Positions 43,237 through 53,446 of a stretch of DNA of 64,000 nt are shown in pieces. Each line of letters starts with the position of its first letter. Position 1 is the stretch's first letter. The stretch lies in the NCBI GenBank assembly GCA_965215635.1, contig CBDCEA010000004.1:214475-278474 (forward strand), read 5' to 3'. The notes under the pieces are model-generated. The model was given only the letters and a program-made list of their open reading frames with translations, was not told the DNA's origin and did not search any database. Origin of the DNA: Alphaproteobacteria bacterium (GTDB lineage: Bacteria; Pseudomonadota; Alphaproteobacteria; SP197). A program made the translations under genes and the position numbers.

Positions 43237-44136
43237 ATGTCGGTGAACCGGCGGAAGCACGGATGTGGGGAAGCGCTGCAAGCCGTCCTGATGGCGATGA
43301 TCGATCCCATCAACCAGCTGTTCTTTCACTCCCGCATGCTGAGGGCCTGGGGCCATTCCAGAGGGATGGACTACAATGACTTCTGGTTGTCGCAGATGCG
43401 ACGGGCAACGTCGCTGGTTGAGGTTATGGCGGGCTGTGACATCAGGCCTTGTGACAGGCCTCCGTGCGATATCGTCATCGGCAGGGACGTCCGCGCCATC
43501 TTCACCGCGGATGCCGATCAGTCCTCACGATTCGTGTCCATCGCCGCGGACGCCGCCGACGTCTCATCCGATCGGGATGTCGGGGAGGTGTTGATTGAAA
43601 TCGTCCGGGCGGAGCAGGCCCATCACGAAAGGCTTCGGGCGTGGCTTTCGGGCCCGGAGGCGGACGAGCGCCCTTCCAATGCGAAGCACTTGGGGCCCAA
43701 GCCGGGAGGGGCACCCGTTGCCGTCGCGGCGATCAACCGCGTACTCCCTCACATGACCGCCGCGGTCAGTCAGGTATTCTTTCACAGCCTGATGTTCGGC
43801 GGTGATGGCGAGGCGACGCTGGCACGCAGAGAACTCGATGCATCGCTCGCGATGATGTACCGGACCGAGGCACTCCTCGAGCGGCTGCTGGATCTTGGAG
43901 GCTATCCGTCAGGAAAAGGACATGGCCTGATCAGGATCGGCGCCGGTCCGGACGGTGCGGAAAGGACGGCCCTCGAGGCGCATGCGAGGATCATCGCCGA
44001 GCTCGAGCCTGCCCTGGAATCGCTTGACGGGCTGACGGATCCCATGACCCACACCCTCATCGAGGGCATCCTGAGGGCTGAACGCCAGGAATTGCAGGCG
44101 ATCGAACTGCGACGCGACAGCGCCGATCGATTCTAG
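43237..44136 (+). CDS. Tandem bacterioferritin-like protein (two fused Bfr domains, ferroxidase ligands degenerate)
   Basis: INQLFFHSRMLRAWG...IGRDV...IEIVRAEQAH and VSQVFFHSLMF...LLERLLDLGGYP...RIG...ILRAE both match the Bfr pattern; GGGAGG RBS. Confidence 0.8.
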   Translation: MSVNRRKHGCGEALQAVLMAMIDPINQLFFHSRMLRAWGHSRGMDYNDFWLSQMRRATSLVEVMAGCDIRPCDRPPCDIVIGRDVRAIFTADADQSSRFVSIAADAADVSSDRDVGEVLIEIVRAEQAHHERLRAWLSGPEADERPSNAKHLGPKPGGAPVAVAAINRVLPHMTAAVSQVFFHSLMFGGDGEATLARRELDASLAMMYRTEALLERLLDLGGYPSGKGHGLIRIGAGPDGAERTALEAHARIIAELEPALESLDGLTDPMTHTLIEGILRAERQELQAIELRRDSADRF

Positions 44137-44149
44137 TCTGCCCGGTTCA

Positions 44150-44874
44150 CTTTTTTTTGCCGATATCATGTGTCTGACGACGTGAAAGGAGTCCCGTCCG
44201 GTCATCGAGCCACGACCGATGACGTTGTGGAAATCGGGAATGGTGAAGAACCGTGTCGAATCACGCCCGCTGGAAGAGCGGCTCTGGATCATGTTCCGAT
44301 CGTGACGGCGACGGAACCGGGCAATGGATCGGCAGAGACCCACCTGCCATCCCGATTCCGGATTTCGGATCCCGCCTGGACAACAATCGTGAAGGCATCG
44401 TCGTCGCAAGTTCGGGTGGACGCCATACCGGTTCGCCTCCCCCTGGGTCCGGGGCGGATGGTGGAGCAGGGAGACTGGCGACAGCGGCACGGTAAAGAAC
44501 CGGCTGAGATGGTACTCGGTGGTTTCCATTGCCAGGACAAGGACCCTCAGGACATATGCAGCGAGGCCGGCCAGAGCGCCGTGACAGGCTATCATCATTG
44601 TCAGGAACGTCGGCAACCGGTTCAGTCCCCGCAAGGGCGCGCCGGAGACATCCGTCCGGTTGTTCTCGAAGTCCCTCTGGACGTTGAACTGCTGGTAGAG
44701 GTCGGGTTGGCTGAAGCCTTCGGCGGGGAGGTAGCCGCGACAGCGGTCCCTGGCCGCGAGGACCCGTCGATTCTGTGACCGGAAAGATGGAAGAACCCGG
44801 TATAACGGCGCGCCCTGACGATTCCGAGGATGGTACTGAGATCCCGAATAGTCGGTGACGGGAAGAGCGGTCAT
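44150..44874 (-). pseudogene. Isopenicillin N synthase-family 2OG-Fe(II) oxygenase, frameshifted
   Basis: RGYLP, PDL, PLRGLN, LLHHPP in one frame; DDAFTIVVQ..EIRNRDGRWV.ADPLPGSVAVTIG in another. Confidence 0.7.
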
Positions 44875-44981
44875 GGAGAAACGTTGCTCACTGTCGACGT
44901 CTGATTGTCGGGATTTGCCGCACCCGATAGACTCCCGCGGGTCGGACTGCAGATTTGCCGCACGAAAGCTGGGGGAAATTC

Positions 44982-46394
44982 ATGACGAGCGACATGGCAA
45001 TCGCGATAGCCGGCCGCCACGAGAGGTTCGCTGCGATCAGCAAGGAATACCCGGAACACGGTGTCGAGTTCGTCCAGATACACATGCCCGACCTGACGGG
45101 CCTGCTGCGCACGAAGTACGCACCCTTCAAGATGTCGGAGACGGGCGAATCCTTCAATGCGATCCTCTTCAATGTGGCACATTCCGACGGCGCGCCCATC
45201 GGGGATGTGGTGTTCGATGCCCCGATCTGCTGGCTCGACAACGGTTACGGCAGCATCCAGGCGCTTGCCGATCCGGATTCGGCGGCGATTCACGGCTGGC
45301 GCCCGAATGTCTGCTCGATCATGCTCGACACCTTCATGGCTGACGGGTCGGCGTGTGAGATCGATCTGCGGCAGCGTCTCAAAAGGATCGAGGACCAGGC
45401 ACACGACATGGGTTTCGAGGCGAAGATCGGCTTCGAGATCGAATTCGGGCTCTTCCATTACGACGAGGAGCTGGTCCAGCAGGGGCGCTACGCAGAGTTG
45501 CGACCGCACGGCAAGAGCTTCACAAACTACGACATGTTACGTGCACCGGGCTACGAGGATCTCATGCAGGAGTTCATCCACCGCATGAAGAGTCTGGACT
45601 ATCCGGTGGCCTCATTTGTCTCGGAATACGGTCGGGGCATGTACGAATTCGCGATGAAGCCGCTAGCGCCGCTTGCCGCTGCGGACGGTATCACCCGTGC
45701 CAAGCATCACCTCAAGGAACTCTGCCTCGAGCGCGGCCTGATCGCGACATTCATGACCCGCTTCCAGGGACCGGGCGGCGAGAGCTCTTCGGGAACCCAC
45801 ATCCATCAGTGCCTGGTGGACGCCGCCACGGGCGCCAACGTCTTCCATGATCCCGATGGCGGACTCTCCCAGACGGCGCGGCACTATGCTGCGGGCCTTC
45901 TTGCCACGATGGCAGACTTTCACGCGGTGTTCCGGCCGACCGTCAATTCCTACCGGCGGATGGACCGCCAAGCCTGGTCGCCCGAGGAAATTTACTGGGG
46001 CATCGAGAACCGCACAGCTCCGGTCCGCGCAATCACGAGGCCGGACGCCAACGCATGCCGGATGGAACACCGCTGCGCAGGATCGGATGTCAATCCCTAC
46101 CTTGCGGTCATGGCGACACTCGGCCCGGGCCTCAAGGCAGTCGCCGGGAAGTGGGAACCCTGGGAACTCGTCCCCGGTATCTCCCGGACGGCGCAGGAGG
46201 AACTTCCCCTCCACAGATCCCTGGCGGACGCCCTCGCACAATTCAGGACGTCAACGATCGCCGCCGAGATCCTGGGAACGGATCTCCACGAGCAGTACGT
46301 GCTGAGCCGGGAGAACGAACTCGCCGCCTTCGAGACGTGGCAGGCGCAGAACATCACAAGTTTCGAATACCAGCGCTACTTCGAGGGTGTGTAG
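44982..46394 (+). CDS. Glutamine synthetase-like gamma-glutamyl ligase (PuuA/PauA-like)
   Basis: GFEIEF, SEYGRGMYEF, SGTHIHQ, NSYRR, WGIENRT, RMEHR; adjacent to an amine ABC transporter. Confidence 0.85.
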   Translation: MTSDMAIAIAGRHERFAAISKEYPEHGVEFVQIHMPDLTGLLRTKYAPFKMSETGESFNAILFNVAHSDGAPIGDVVFDAPICWLDNGYGSIQALADPDSAAIHGWRPNVCSIMLDTFMADGSACEIDLRQRLKRIEDQAHDMGFEAKIGFEIEFGLFHYDEELVQQGRYAELRPHGKSFTNYDMLRAPGYEDLMQEFIHRMKSLDYPVASFVSEYGRGMYEFAMKPLAPLAAADGITRAKHHLKELCLERGLIATFMTRFQGPGGESSSGTHIHQCLVDAATGANVFHDPDGGLSQTARHYAAGLLATMADFHAVFRPTVNSYRRMDRQAWSPEEIYWGIENRTAPVRAITRPDANACRMEHRCAGSDVNPYLAVMATLGPGLKAVAGKWEPWELVPGISRTAQEELPLHRSLADALAQFRTSTIAAEILGTDLHEQYVLSRENELAAFETWQAQNITSFEYQRYFEGV

Positions 46395-46404
46395 GCAGAA
46401 CGGC

Positions 46405-47154
46405 TCAGGGCTTCGCCATGCATCCGCCGTCGACGATCAGTTCCGTGCCGGTGATGTAGCTTGCCTTGTCGGAAAGCAGGAAGAGGGCGGCGTTCGCGAT
46501 GTCCTCTGCTTCGCCGACCCTCCCCAGGGGAACATGGCTGTTGATCGCTGCGATCGCCTCCGAATTGTTGTCCCAACGCGCCTGCATCGGCGTGTGTACC
46601 GGACCCGGAAGGATCGTGTTCGAGCGGATGCCGTCGCCGGCGAACTGGATCGCCAGGGACTTCGAGAGACGCACCACACCGGCCTTGGCAGCGCCATAGG
46701 CGTCCTGCGGCCTTTCGTCGCCCCTTGCGGCATCGGTAGACGCGATGTGCACCATCGCGCCGCCGCCCGTGGCCTTCATGTGCGGTATGGCATGGCGTGC
46801 GGTCAGGGCGAATGACTTGAGGTTGATGTCGAGCACGCGATCCCAGACGGCCATGTCCATTTCGACGCACGACTTGTCCCTGTCGAACCAGAGAACACCG
46901 GTCGTGTTGACCAGGTAATCGAGCCGTCCCGTTTTCCGGGTGGTCCTTTCGACGACGTCCCTGACAAAGGCCTCGTCCGTGACATCGCCCTGGTGGTAGT
47001 CGACCTTGCCCTTGCTCCCGGCGAGTTCAACGGGCTCGGGCTTGATATCCATGACGGTGACCTGTGCACCCTCTGCCGCCAGGTTACGGACGATTGCAAG
47101 ACCCATACCGCCTCCGCCGCCAGCAACGACTGCCGCCTTTCCAGCAAAATCCAT
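46405..47154 (-). CDS. Short-chain dehydrogenase/reductase
   Basis: AGGGGGMG, YGAAK, IRSNTILPG, YITG.ELIVDGG. Confidence 0.9.
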   Translation of the reverse strand: MDFAGKAAVVAGGGGGMGLAIVRNLAAEGAQVTVMDIKPEPVELAGSKGKVDYHQGDVTDEAFVRDVVERTTRKTGRLDYLVNTTGVLWFDRDKSCVEMDMAVWDRVLDINLKSFALTARHAIPHMKATGGGAMVHIASTDAARGDERPQDAYGAAKAGVVRLSKSLAIQFAGDGIRSNTILPGPVHTPMQARWDNNSEAIAAINSHVPLGRVGEAEDIANAALFLLSDKASYITGTELIVDGGCMAKP

Positions 47155-47177
47155 TCCCGTTCTCCCGAGGTTGCCCG

Positions 47178-47990
47178 TCACTCCCGATGGCCGAAACTCA
47201 CGATCCGGTAGCGCATCAGGAGATACATCGTCGCGAAGGCCAGGAACACGACGCCGTTGACGAAGGCCGCCAGCGCGGGCAGTTCCGGACCGAGGCCGTG
47301 ACGCAGGGAACCCCAGGCAGTTGAAGGCAGCGTCTGGGTTGCGCCAAGGTTATAGAAGGCAATTTCCAGATTGTTGAAGGCCAGGATGAAACTGATGATG
47401 AAGGCGCCCAGCATTGCAGGCCAGATGTTCGGCAGGGTGACTTCCCGGAAACAGCGCAGAGGTCTCGCACCCATCACCAGCGCCGCATCGTCAAGCCGCC
47501 AGTCATAGCGCGCCATTTGGGCCAGCACGATCAGGAACGCGAAGGCTGTGCCGGGGATCGAAATCGCGACAGTGGTGGAAACCATGTTGCCGGAGAGGTC
47601 GAGAACCTGGCGGTTGAAGATCAGACTGGAAATCCCGATCAGGAGGTTCGAGACGAAGAGCGGACAAAGGTATGTGATGACGACGAATTTGCGCCAGCGC
47701 GAACGATACTTCAGGACCGCCATGGCGCCGATCGTGGCGAAGAATGTGCAGACCACGGCGCTGCCCAGGCCCAGCGTCAGGCTGTTGTAGAGAGCTTCGT
47801 GGTAGGTTCGGCCGACCCACAGGAGTTTGTAGCCGTCCAGCGATAGCTTGAACGGGAAGGGCCAGGCGATGTTCTTCGAGAACGACTGGTAGATGATGTA
47901 GAAGATCGGCGCGTAAAGGAAGAAATAGAGCAGGGCGAGCATGGTTCCCGACAGCATGCGGGAGATGACGGTGGAGACATCACCCTTCAT
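47178..47990 (-). CDS. ABC transporter permease (PotC-like)
   Basis: DDAALVMGA EAA loop, six TM helices. Confidence 0.88.
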   Translation of the reverse strand: MKGDVSTVISRMLSGTMLALLYFFLYAPIFYIIYQSFSKNIAWPFPFKLSLDGYKLLWVGRTYHEALYNSLTLGLGSAVVCTFFATIGAMAVLKYRSRWRKFVVITYLCPLFVSNLLIGISSLIFNRQVLDLSGNMVSTTVAISIPGTAFAFLIVLAQMARYDWRLDDAALVMGARPLRCFREVTLPNIWPAMLGAFIISFILAFNNLEIAFYNLGATQTLPSTAWGSLRHGLGPELPALAAFVNGVVFLAFATMYLLMRYRIVSFGHRE

Positions 47991-47992
47991 GC

Positions 47993-48880
47993 TCAGGCTT
48001 CTTTCCCCGTGAATCCGCTGCGTTTCAGATCGACGCTGCGCCACATCAGGAGCACAGCTGCCGATGAGACCACGAACAGCACAACGCCCATCGCCGAACC
48101 GAGCGCCCAGGTTCCGGTCTCGCCGAACTGCTTGCCCAGCACCGAACCGAACGCCGCGCCGTTGGGTCCGCCCAGAAAGATCGGTGTAACCGAGGCAGCC
48201 ATGCAGGGAACGAAGACGATGACGAGGCCGATGGCCGTTCCCATCCAGTTCAACGGCCAGGTAATCTCGACGAAGGCGCGCCAGGGCCTCGCGCCGTTAA
48301 TCTTCGCTACTTCAAGGAGTTCGAAGTCGAAGTTGAGGAGTGAAAGGTATATGGCCGTCACCATGAACGGCATGTAGAGGTAGAAAAGCCCGATGCCCGT
48401 GGCCAGCTGCGAGAACATGATAGCCTCGACCGGCGCCATGCCGAAGGTCATGAGGGTCATGTTGAAGGCACCCACGGGGCCCATGAGACCCTGCAGGGCC
48501 GACACCCTGAGAATGATTCCCGTGAAGAAGGGACCGGCGAGCGCCAGGATCATGAGCAGGCGGTAGCGGTTTCCGTAACGAGCTATGAAGAACGCCACGG
48601 GCCAGCCGTAGACGAGGCATGCCAGGGAGACACAGACCGCCGTGGCGAAGGAGCGCCACAGGAAGACCATGTAGGTCTCTTCGGAGAATAGCACGCGGTA
48701 GTTGTCGAGATTCCAGTCCGGGTAGATCTCGTAGACCTCGGTGCGCCAGAAACTGAACACGATGATCGAGATGATCGGCAGGAACAGAAATACGACAATG
48801 AAGACAGCACCGGGCAGCCCCATCAAAAGAAAACGCTGACTTTCGCTCAGTCTGCGTTCTCTTCCGGACACGGCTGTCAT
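47993..48880 (-). CDS. ABC transporter permease (PotB-like)
   Basis: YMPFMV, LLEVAKINGA, TPIFLGG. Confidence 0.88.
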   Translation of the reverse strand: MTAVSGRERRLSESQRFLLMGLPGAVFIVVFLFLPIISIIVFSFWRTEVYEIYPDWNLDNYRVLFSEETYMVFLWRSFATAVCVSLACLVYGWPVAFFIARYGNRYRLLMILALAGPFFTGIILRVSALQGLMGPVGAFNMTLMTFGMAPVEAIMFSQLATGIGLFYLYMPFMVTAIYLSLLNFDFELLEVAKINGARPWRAFVEITWPLNWMGTAIGLVIVFVPCMAASVTPIFLGGPNGAAFGSVLGKQFGETGTWALGSAMGVVLFVVSSAAVLLMWRSVDLKRSGFTGKEA

Positions 48881-49974
48881 ACCCCAGCGCCATCGGAAGC
48901 GAAACAGTGGCTGTCTTCCGCGCGCCAGACGACACGGACATCGTCGCCTGCCTTCAGGCTTTCGTGTTCGGTCGCCGTGCTGATCGTCATTTCCTGTTTG
49001 TTGCCGGCCACGACCTGGTAGTCGACACCGGCACCCTTGAAGATAATATCCCGAAGGCGTCCGTCGACGCTGTTAACACCCCCGTCCTGCGGTGCGCCGC
49101 CGCCGGCTTCGACCCTCATCCGTTCGCACTTGACGAAGCAGTCCATCATGGTGCCGGCAGCGATGCCGTCGGCAAGCGGAACCTTCAGCACGATACCGTT
49201 CCAGTCGAGCGTGCCGGTTCCGGCGGAAGCAGATACCAGGCGACCGTGTAGACGGTTGGAATGTCCGACGAACCCGGCCACGAAACGCGTGGCCGGGTTC
49301 TTGTAGACATCGTGTTTCTTGGCCACCTGTTCGAAGATGCCGTTGTTCATGACCGCGATGCGGTCGGACATGGTCAGCGCTTCTTCCTGATTGTGTGTGA
49401 CGTAGATGAAGGGAATGCCGAGCTCGAGCTGGTAGCGCCTGACCTCCACTTCCATCTCCTTCCGCAATTCGCGGTCGAGATTGGCGAGCGGCTCATCGAG
49501 CAACAGCAGGACCGGCCGGGCGATCAGGCCGCGCGCCAGCGCGACCCTCTGCTGCTGGCCGCCGGAAAGCTGGTTGGGGTAGCGGTCTTCCAGCCCTTCC
49601 AGGTGAAGCAGGTCCACGGCCCACTTCAGCCGTTCGTCCTGTTCACCCCTGGAAACGCCCTGCATGCGCAATGGGAACACAATGTTCTCGCCGACGCGCT
49701 TGTGGGGAAAGAGCATGAAGTCCTGAAACACCATGCCGATGCCGCGCGAATAGGGGGGCTCGCGCGTGACATCGGATCCATTGATTGCGACACGGCCCTG
49801 ATCGGTGCTCTCGAGGCCCGCGATGATGCGCAGCAGTGTCGTCTTGCCGGAACCGCTTGGTCCGAGGAGGGCGAGAAACTCCTTCTGGCCGATATCGATC
49901 GAGACGGAATCGACGGCGATAACCGGCCCGAACCGCTTCGAGACCCGGTCGATGCTGAGAACGGCTTCGCTCAT
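48877..49974 (-). CDS. ABC transporter ATP-binding protein (PotA-like)
   Basis: [28 protein letters not shown]-terminal TOBE region. Confidence 0.92.
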   Translation of the reverse strand: MSEAVLSIDRVSKRFGPVIAVDSVSIDIGQKEFLALLGPSGSGKTTLLRIIAGLESTDQGRVAINGSDVTREPPYSRGIGMVFQDFMLFPHKRVGENIVFPLRMQGVSRGEQDERLKWAVDLLHLEGLEDRYPNQLSGGQQQRVALARGLIARPVLLLLDEPLANLDRELRKEMEVEVRRYQLELGIPFIYVTHNQEEALTMSDRIAVMNNGIFEQVAKKHDVYKNPATRFVAGFVGHSNRLHGRLVSASAGTGTLDWNGIVLKVPLADGIAAGTMMDCFVKCERMRVEAGGGAPQDGGVNSVDGRLRDIIFKGAGVDYQVVAGNKQEMTISTATEHESLKAGDDVRVVWRAEDSHCFASDGAGV

Positions 49975-50049
49975 GGAGTCCGCTGCAAGGCCTGATGTGA
50001 AATAGATGGGACCGGTCCGTCATTCGGACCGGTCCCGCAACGCTCGGCG

Positions 50050-51240
50050 TCAGGCAGCTTCGACCTCGTTCCAGATGCGTTCCCACTTCTCCGGTGAGGA
50101 CGGCTGGTCGAACATGTGGAGACCACGCAGTTCCGCGGTGCGATCCATCAAGAGCAGGGCGACTTCCTCTTCGGGCAGCAGATCGCGCACGTCGAAACAC
50201 GGTGCCACACCGATCTCGGCGACCCGCTTCATGCTCTCGCGGCTGACGTAATGGTTCATCCAGTGGTGTGCCAGTTCGATCGCCTCGCTGTCAGTCGTTG
50301 CGGAGCTCAACTGCCAGCTGTCGATCCAGCCCAGCCCGCCTTCCTTGGGCTGCAGCATGTGGGCCACGTCGAAATCGATTTCACCTGCCCAGCGTGCACG
50401 GGTCAGCCTGCGATAGATTTCCGAGAACTCCGGAGAGGCCCAGACCAGACCCGGGCGCATTAGCCGCTGAAGGCCATCGTAGTCCGTGTAGCGCGTCACG
50501 AGCAGACCCTTCTGCTTGATCAGGAGCTCCTTGGCCCTTGTGAGTTCGTCGTCCGTCAGCTTGTAGGGATTGAACGGCTGCCCGTCAGGACGCTCATCGG
50601 TCGTGGTGCCCATCTCGGTCGCCGCGAGGATGCCCGCCATGGCGATGTTCTCCTCGAACCTCGCACCGGTCGAGAGATGTCCGGCATACTTCTCGTCGAA
50701 CATCACGTTGAGTGTGTCACGGTCTTCTTCCACGATATGGTCGAGATTCATCGTGATGCCGTAGCTGCCCCAACAGTTCATGACACCGATCAGCTGTCCG
50801 CCCGGCACGTCGTGCAGGAGGTCGTAGGCGCCCGGCTTGAAGTCCTCAAAACTGTTCTGGAGGTTGGGAACGAGGTCTTCCCTGATCGGCTGGATCAGGC
50901 CATCACGCAGGTAGAGGCGTGGCCAGAAACCATCAGCCATGACGAGATCGAAATCCTCGGTTCCGCCGGCCTTCATTTTGTTGAAGGCTTCCGAATTGCC
51001 GTCGAAGAACTGTGGCGCGATGCGTGCTCCGTAGGTTTCCTCGAATTCCGTAACCGTTTCCTGAATGATGTAGTCTTCCCACATCAGCATCCGAACGGTC
51101 GGCGTTGCTGCCTCGGCATTACGGATGTAGGGCATGCCGAGCGCGACGCCCGCACCGGCGGCCGCGGTTGTCTTCAAGACATCGCGGCGGTTCCACTTGG
51201 ACTTCGAACTCCTGTCAATCATGGCTTTACGTGTTGCCAT
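50050..51240 (-). CDS. Tat-exported PotD/PotF-like substrate-binding protein
   Basis: NRRDVLK signal, WEDYI, PKEGGLGWID. Confidence 0.87.
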   Translation of the reverse strand: MATRKAMIDRSSKSKWNRRDVLKTTAAAGAGVALGMPYIRNAEAATPTVRMLMWEDYIIQETVTEFEETYGARIAPQFFDGNSEAFNKMKAGGTEDFDLVMADGFWPRLYLRDGLIQPIREDLVPNLQNSFEDFKPGAYDLLHDVPGGQLIGVMNCWGSYGITMNLDHIVEEDRDTLNVMFDEKYAGHLSTGARFEENIAMAGILAATEMGTTTDERPDGQPFNPYKLTDDELTRAKELLIKQKGLLVTRYTDYDGLQRLMRPGLVWASPEFSEIYRRLTRARWAGEIDFDVAHMLQPKEGGLGWIDSWQLSSATTDSEAIELAHHWMNHYVSRESMKRVAEIGVAPCFDVRDLLPEEEVALLLMDRTAELRGLHMFDQPSSPEKWERIWNEVEAA

Positions 51241-51327
51241 CGTTTTCCTCCTCAGAATGAAACACTTGGTGGAGATGATGATACAGGAAGATGGCGTCAC
51301 AATGAACCATCGGACAAGGGGTGAACC

Positions 51328-52101
51328 ATGAGGCTCGAGAATCGGTCCATCATCGTTACCGGCGCGGGAAGGGGCATCGGTGCCGCCAGTGCGCGGCATT
51401 TTGCCACCGAGGGTGCCCGTCTGCTTCTGGTGGCGCGAACCGGCGCGGAACTGGAAACCGTCGCCGGACCGCTTCGGCAATCAGGTGCCGATGTCGTCAC
51501 GTGTGTTGCCGACGTCACGGACCCCGACGCCTGCGTTGGCGCCGCGCGCCATGTGGCCGATGCCTTCGGCCGCATCGACGGGCTGTTCAATAATGCAGGC
51601 CAGCTCATCGACGGTGATGCGGGCCTCCTCGATACCTCGTTCGAGACCTGGAAACGCACGCTCGAGGCCAATCTTCATTCGGTCTTCCTGATGTCGAGAG
51701 CCGTGGTTCCCTACCTCGTGGAGGCAGGAGGTGGAGCCATCGTCAACAATGCCTCGATGGTCGCCCATATCGGATCGGCGACGGCACAGACCGCCTACTG
51801 CGCGTCGAAGGGTGGCGTGGTTGCCCTGAGCCGGGAGATGGCGGTCGAGTTCGCAAGCAAAAACATCCGCGTGAACGCCGTCTCGCCGGGGCCCGTCGCA
51901 ACAGATCTCTTTCACAGCATCATTGGTTCGACGCCTGGTTACATGGAACGAAGGCTTCCTCACATGCCCATGAAACGCCTCGGAAAAGTCCATGAAATCG
52001 CCGCAGTTGCTGGATTTCTTCTGAGCGACGAGGCCTCCTATCTCACCGGACAGTCCATTCTCGTCGACGGCGGCATTACCGCAGCCTACACCACCTGCTG
52101 A
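51328..52101 (+). CDS. Short-chain dehydrogenase/reductase
   Basis: TGAGRGIG, NNAG, YCASKGG, RVNAVSPGP. Confidence 0.92.
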   Translation: MRLENRSIIVTGAGRGIGAASARHFATEGARLLLVARTGAELETVAGPLRQSGADVVTCVADVTDPDACVGAARHVADAFGRIDGLFNNAGQLIDGDAGLLDTSFETWKRTLEANLHSVFLMSRAVVPYLVEAGGGAIVNNASMVAHIGSATAQTAYCASKGGVVALSREMAVEFASKNIRVNAVSPGPVATDLFHSIIGSTPGYMERRLPHMPMKRLGKVHEIAAVAGFLLSDEASYLTGQSILVDGGITAAYTTC

Positions 52102-52311
52102 ACCGGATGGCTGAAGGCCTGCTCCTCCAGCCAGCGAAAGTGCGCCTGGGTTCCGTCCCCGGTAGGTCCGGTCATGTGGCGCAACAGGAACGCTCCCAGG
52201 CGCTGACGCGCCTTGAGCTCGATCGCCTTCATGTCCTCGCGGGCCCGCGTCAGGTCGCGCATCGCTTCCCGGTCGCCATCGGAAACCCAAACCCAAACCC
52301 ACACAGATGTA
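52102..52311 (-). pseudogene. IS110-family transposase internal fragment
   Basis: TSVWV..D.DREAMRDLTRAREDMK...ARQRLGAFLLRH...HFRWLE. Confidence 0.8.
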
Positions 52312-52312
52312 C

Positions 52313-52413
52313 GCACCTTCGGTGCTAAACCAGAAATAACCAACTGTAATAACGTCATTATTTCTCTCTCTATCCCGTACCGGGAACCCGAAACATGCAG
52401 TTTCTGTTTCCCG
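52313..52413 (+). repeat. Conserved ~100-bp structured non-coding element, copy 2, directly upstream of the integrase
   Basis: GCACCTTCGGTGC hairpin, TAACCAACTGTAATAAC, CGGGAACCCGAAACATGCAGTTTCTGTTTCCCG; begins where IS110 homology ends. Confidence 0.85.
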
Positions 52414-52440
52414 GGTGCAACAGAAAAGGGAGAGAGAATT

Positions 52441-53446
52441 ATGCCCTCAACCCGTCTTACCCAACGCCGGGTCGACGCCCTCAAACCTCGCAAGCAATCC
52501 CATGACGTTCGCGACCCCGGTCTCAAGGGTTTCGGTGTCCGCATCCTGCCATCGGGTGACAAGCGCTACTTCCTCCACAGCCAATCCGAGGGAAAGCGTA
52601 TCTGGCACACCATCGGTGACGCCGGAGCAATCACCCTGGACGATGGCCGCTCCCGGGCAAGAGCCCTGCTGGCGGCGAGGCAAAACGGGAATCCGGATAA
52701 CCCTGACTCCTGCGATTCCATTCCCTTCGAGACCGTGGCGGACGAGGTCTTCGGGCGTTACGGGAGGCACTGGAAACCACGCACTCTGGCGGTCAACCTC
52801 GGATACTACCGGAAGCAGATCCTGTCCTGGTTCAGGGCAAACCGATTTCCGACATCACGCGCCATGACGTCCTGCAATGGCATGCCTCGCTTCATGCAAC
52901 GCCGGTTGCCGCCGACCGCTCCGCACCGATCCTCTCTGTCATATTCAAACAGGTTGAAGCCTATGGCAGCCACCCCGAAGGTTCCAATCCATGCACCAGA
53001 ATCAAGCGCTACCGGCGGGGTGGTCGCGAGCGGTTCCTTTCAGCCGGGGAAATACGCCGCCTGAGCAGGGTCCTCGACCGGCACCGGGATCGTCATCCGG
53101 TGGAAACGTCACGTCGATCGTGCGTCTCCTGCTGCTGACCGGCTGCAGGAAGTCGGAAATCCTGACACTTCAATGGTCCGAGTACCGCGAGGGAAGGCTC
53201 TGTCTCTCCGATAGCAAGACCGGGCCGCGCACGGTCTGGCTGTCGTCGGCCGCGCGCAAGGTTCTCGATGACCTGCCCAGAACCGATCCCTGGATGTTTC
53301 CGTCTTCACGAGGGAATGGGCACATTTCGACACCCTTTCTCGTCCATTTCTGGTTGAAGGCTCGGGCCGAGGCCGGCATCAGCGATGTGCGCTGTCACGA
53401 TCTCCGGCACTCTTGTGCATTGTCACCTGATAGATTAGCTGCATAA
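52441..53446 (+). pseudogene. Tyrosine integrase with N-terminal arm-binding domain; frameshifted and C-terminally truncated
   Basis: RDPGLKGFGVRILPSG.K; LLLLTGCRKSEI, DSKTGPR, HDLRHS, then a stop with no LLGH or catalytic Tyr; shifts near 52835 and 53100. Confidence 0.88.

Noticed and set aside
52283-52300. (AAACCC)x3 telomere-like repeat
   Set aside because: On the minus strand it is a slippage expansion of the Trp-Val codons in the IS110 'SVWV' motif within a dead fragment
17821-52313. The two conserved modules as ends of one 35-kb element
   Set aside because: They point away from each other into separate mobile regions, and the DNA between them contains core genes (ygfZ, tRNA, mobA)
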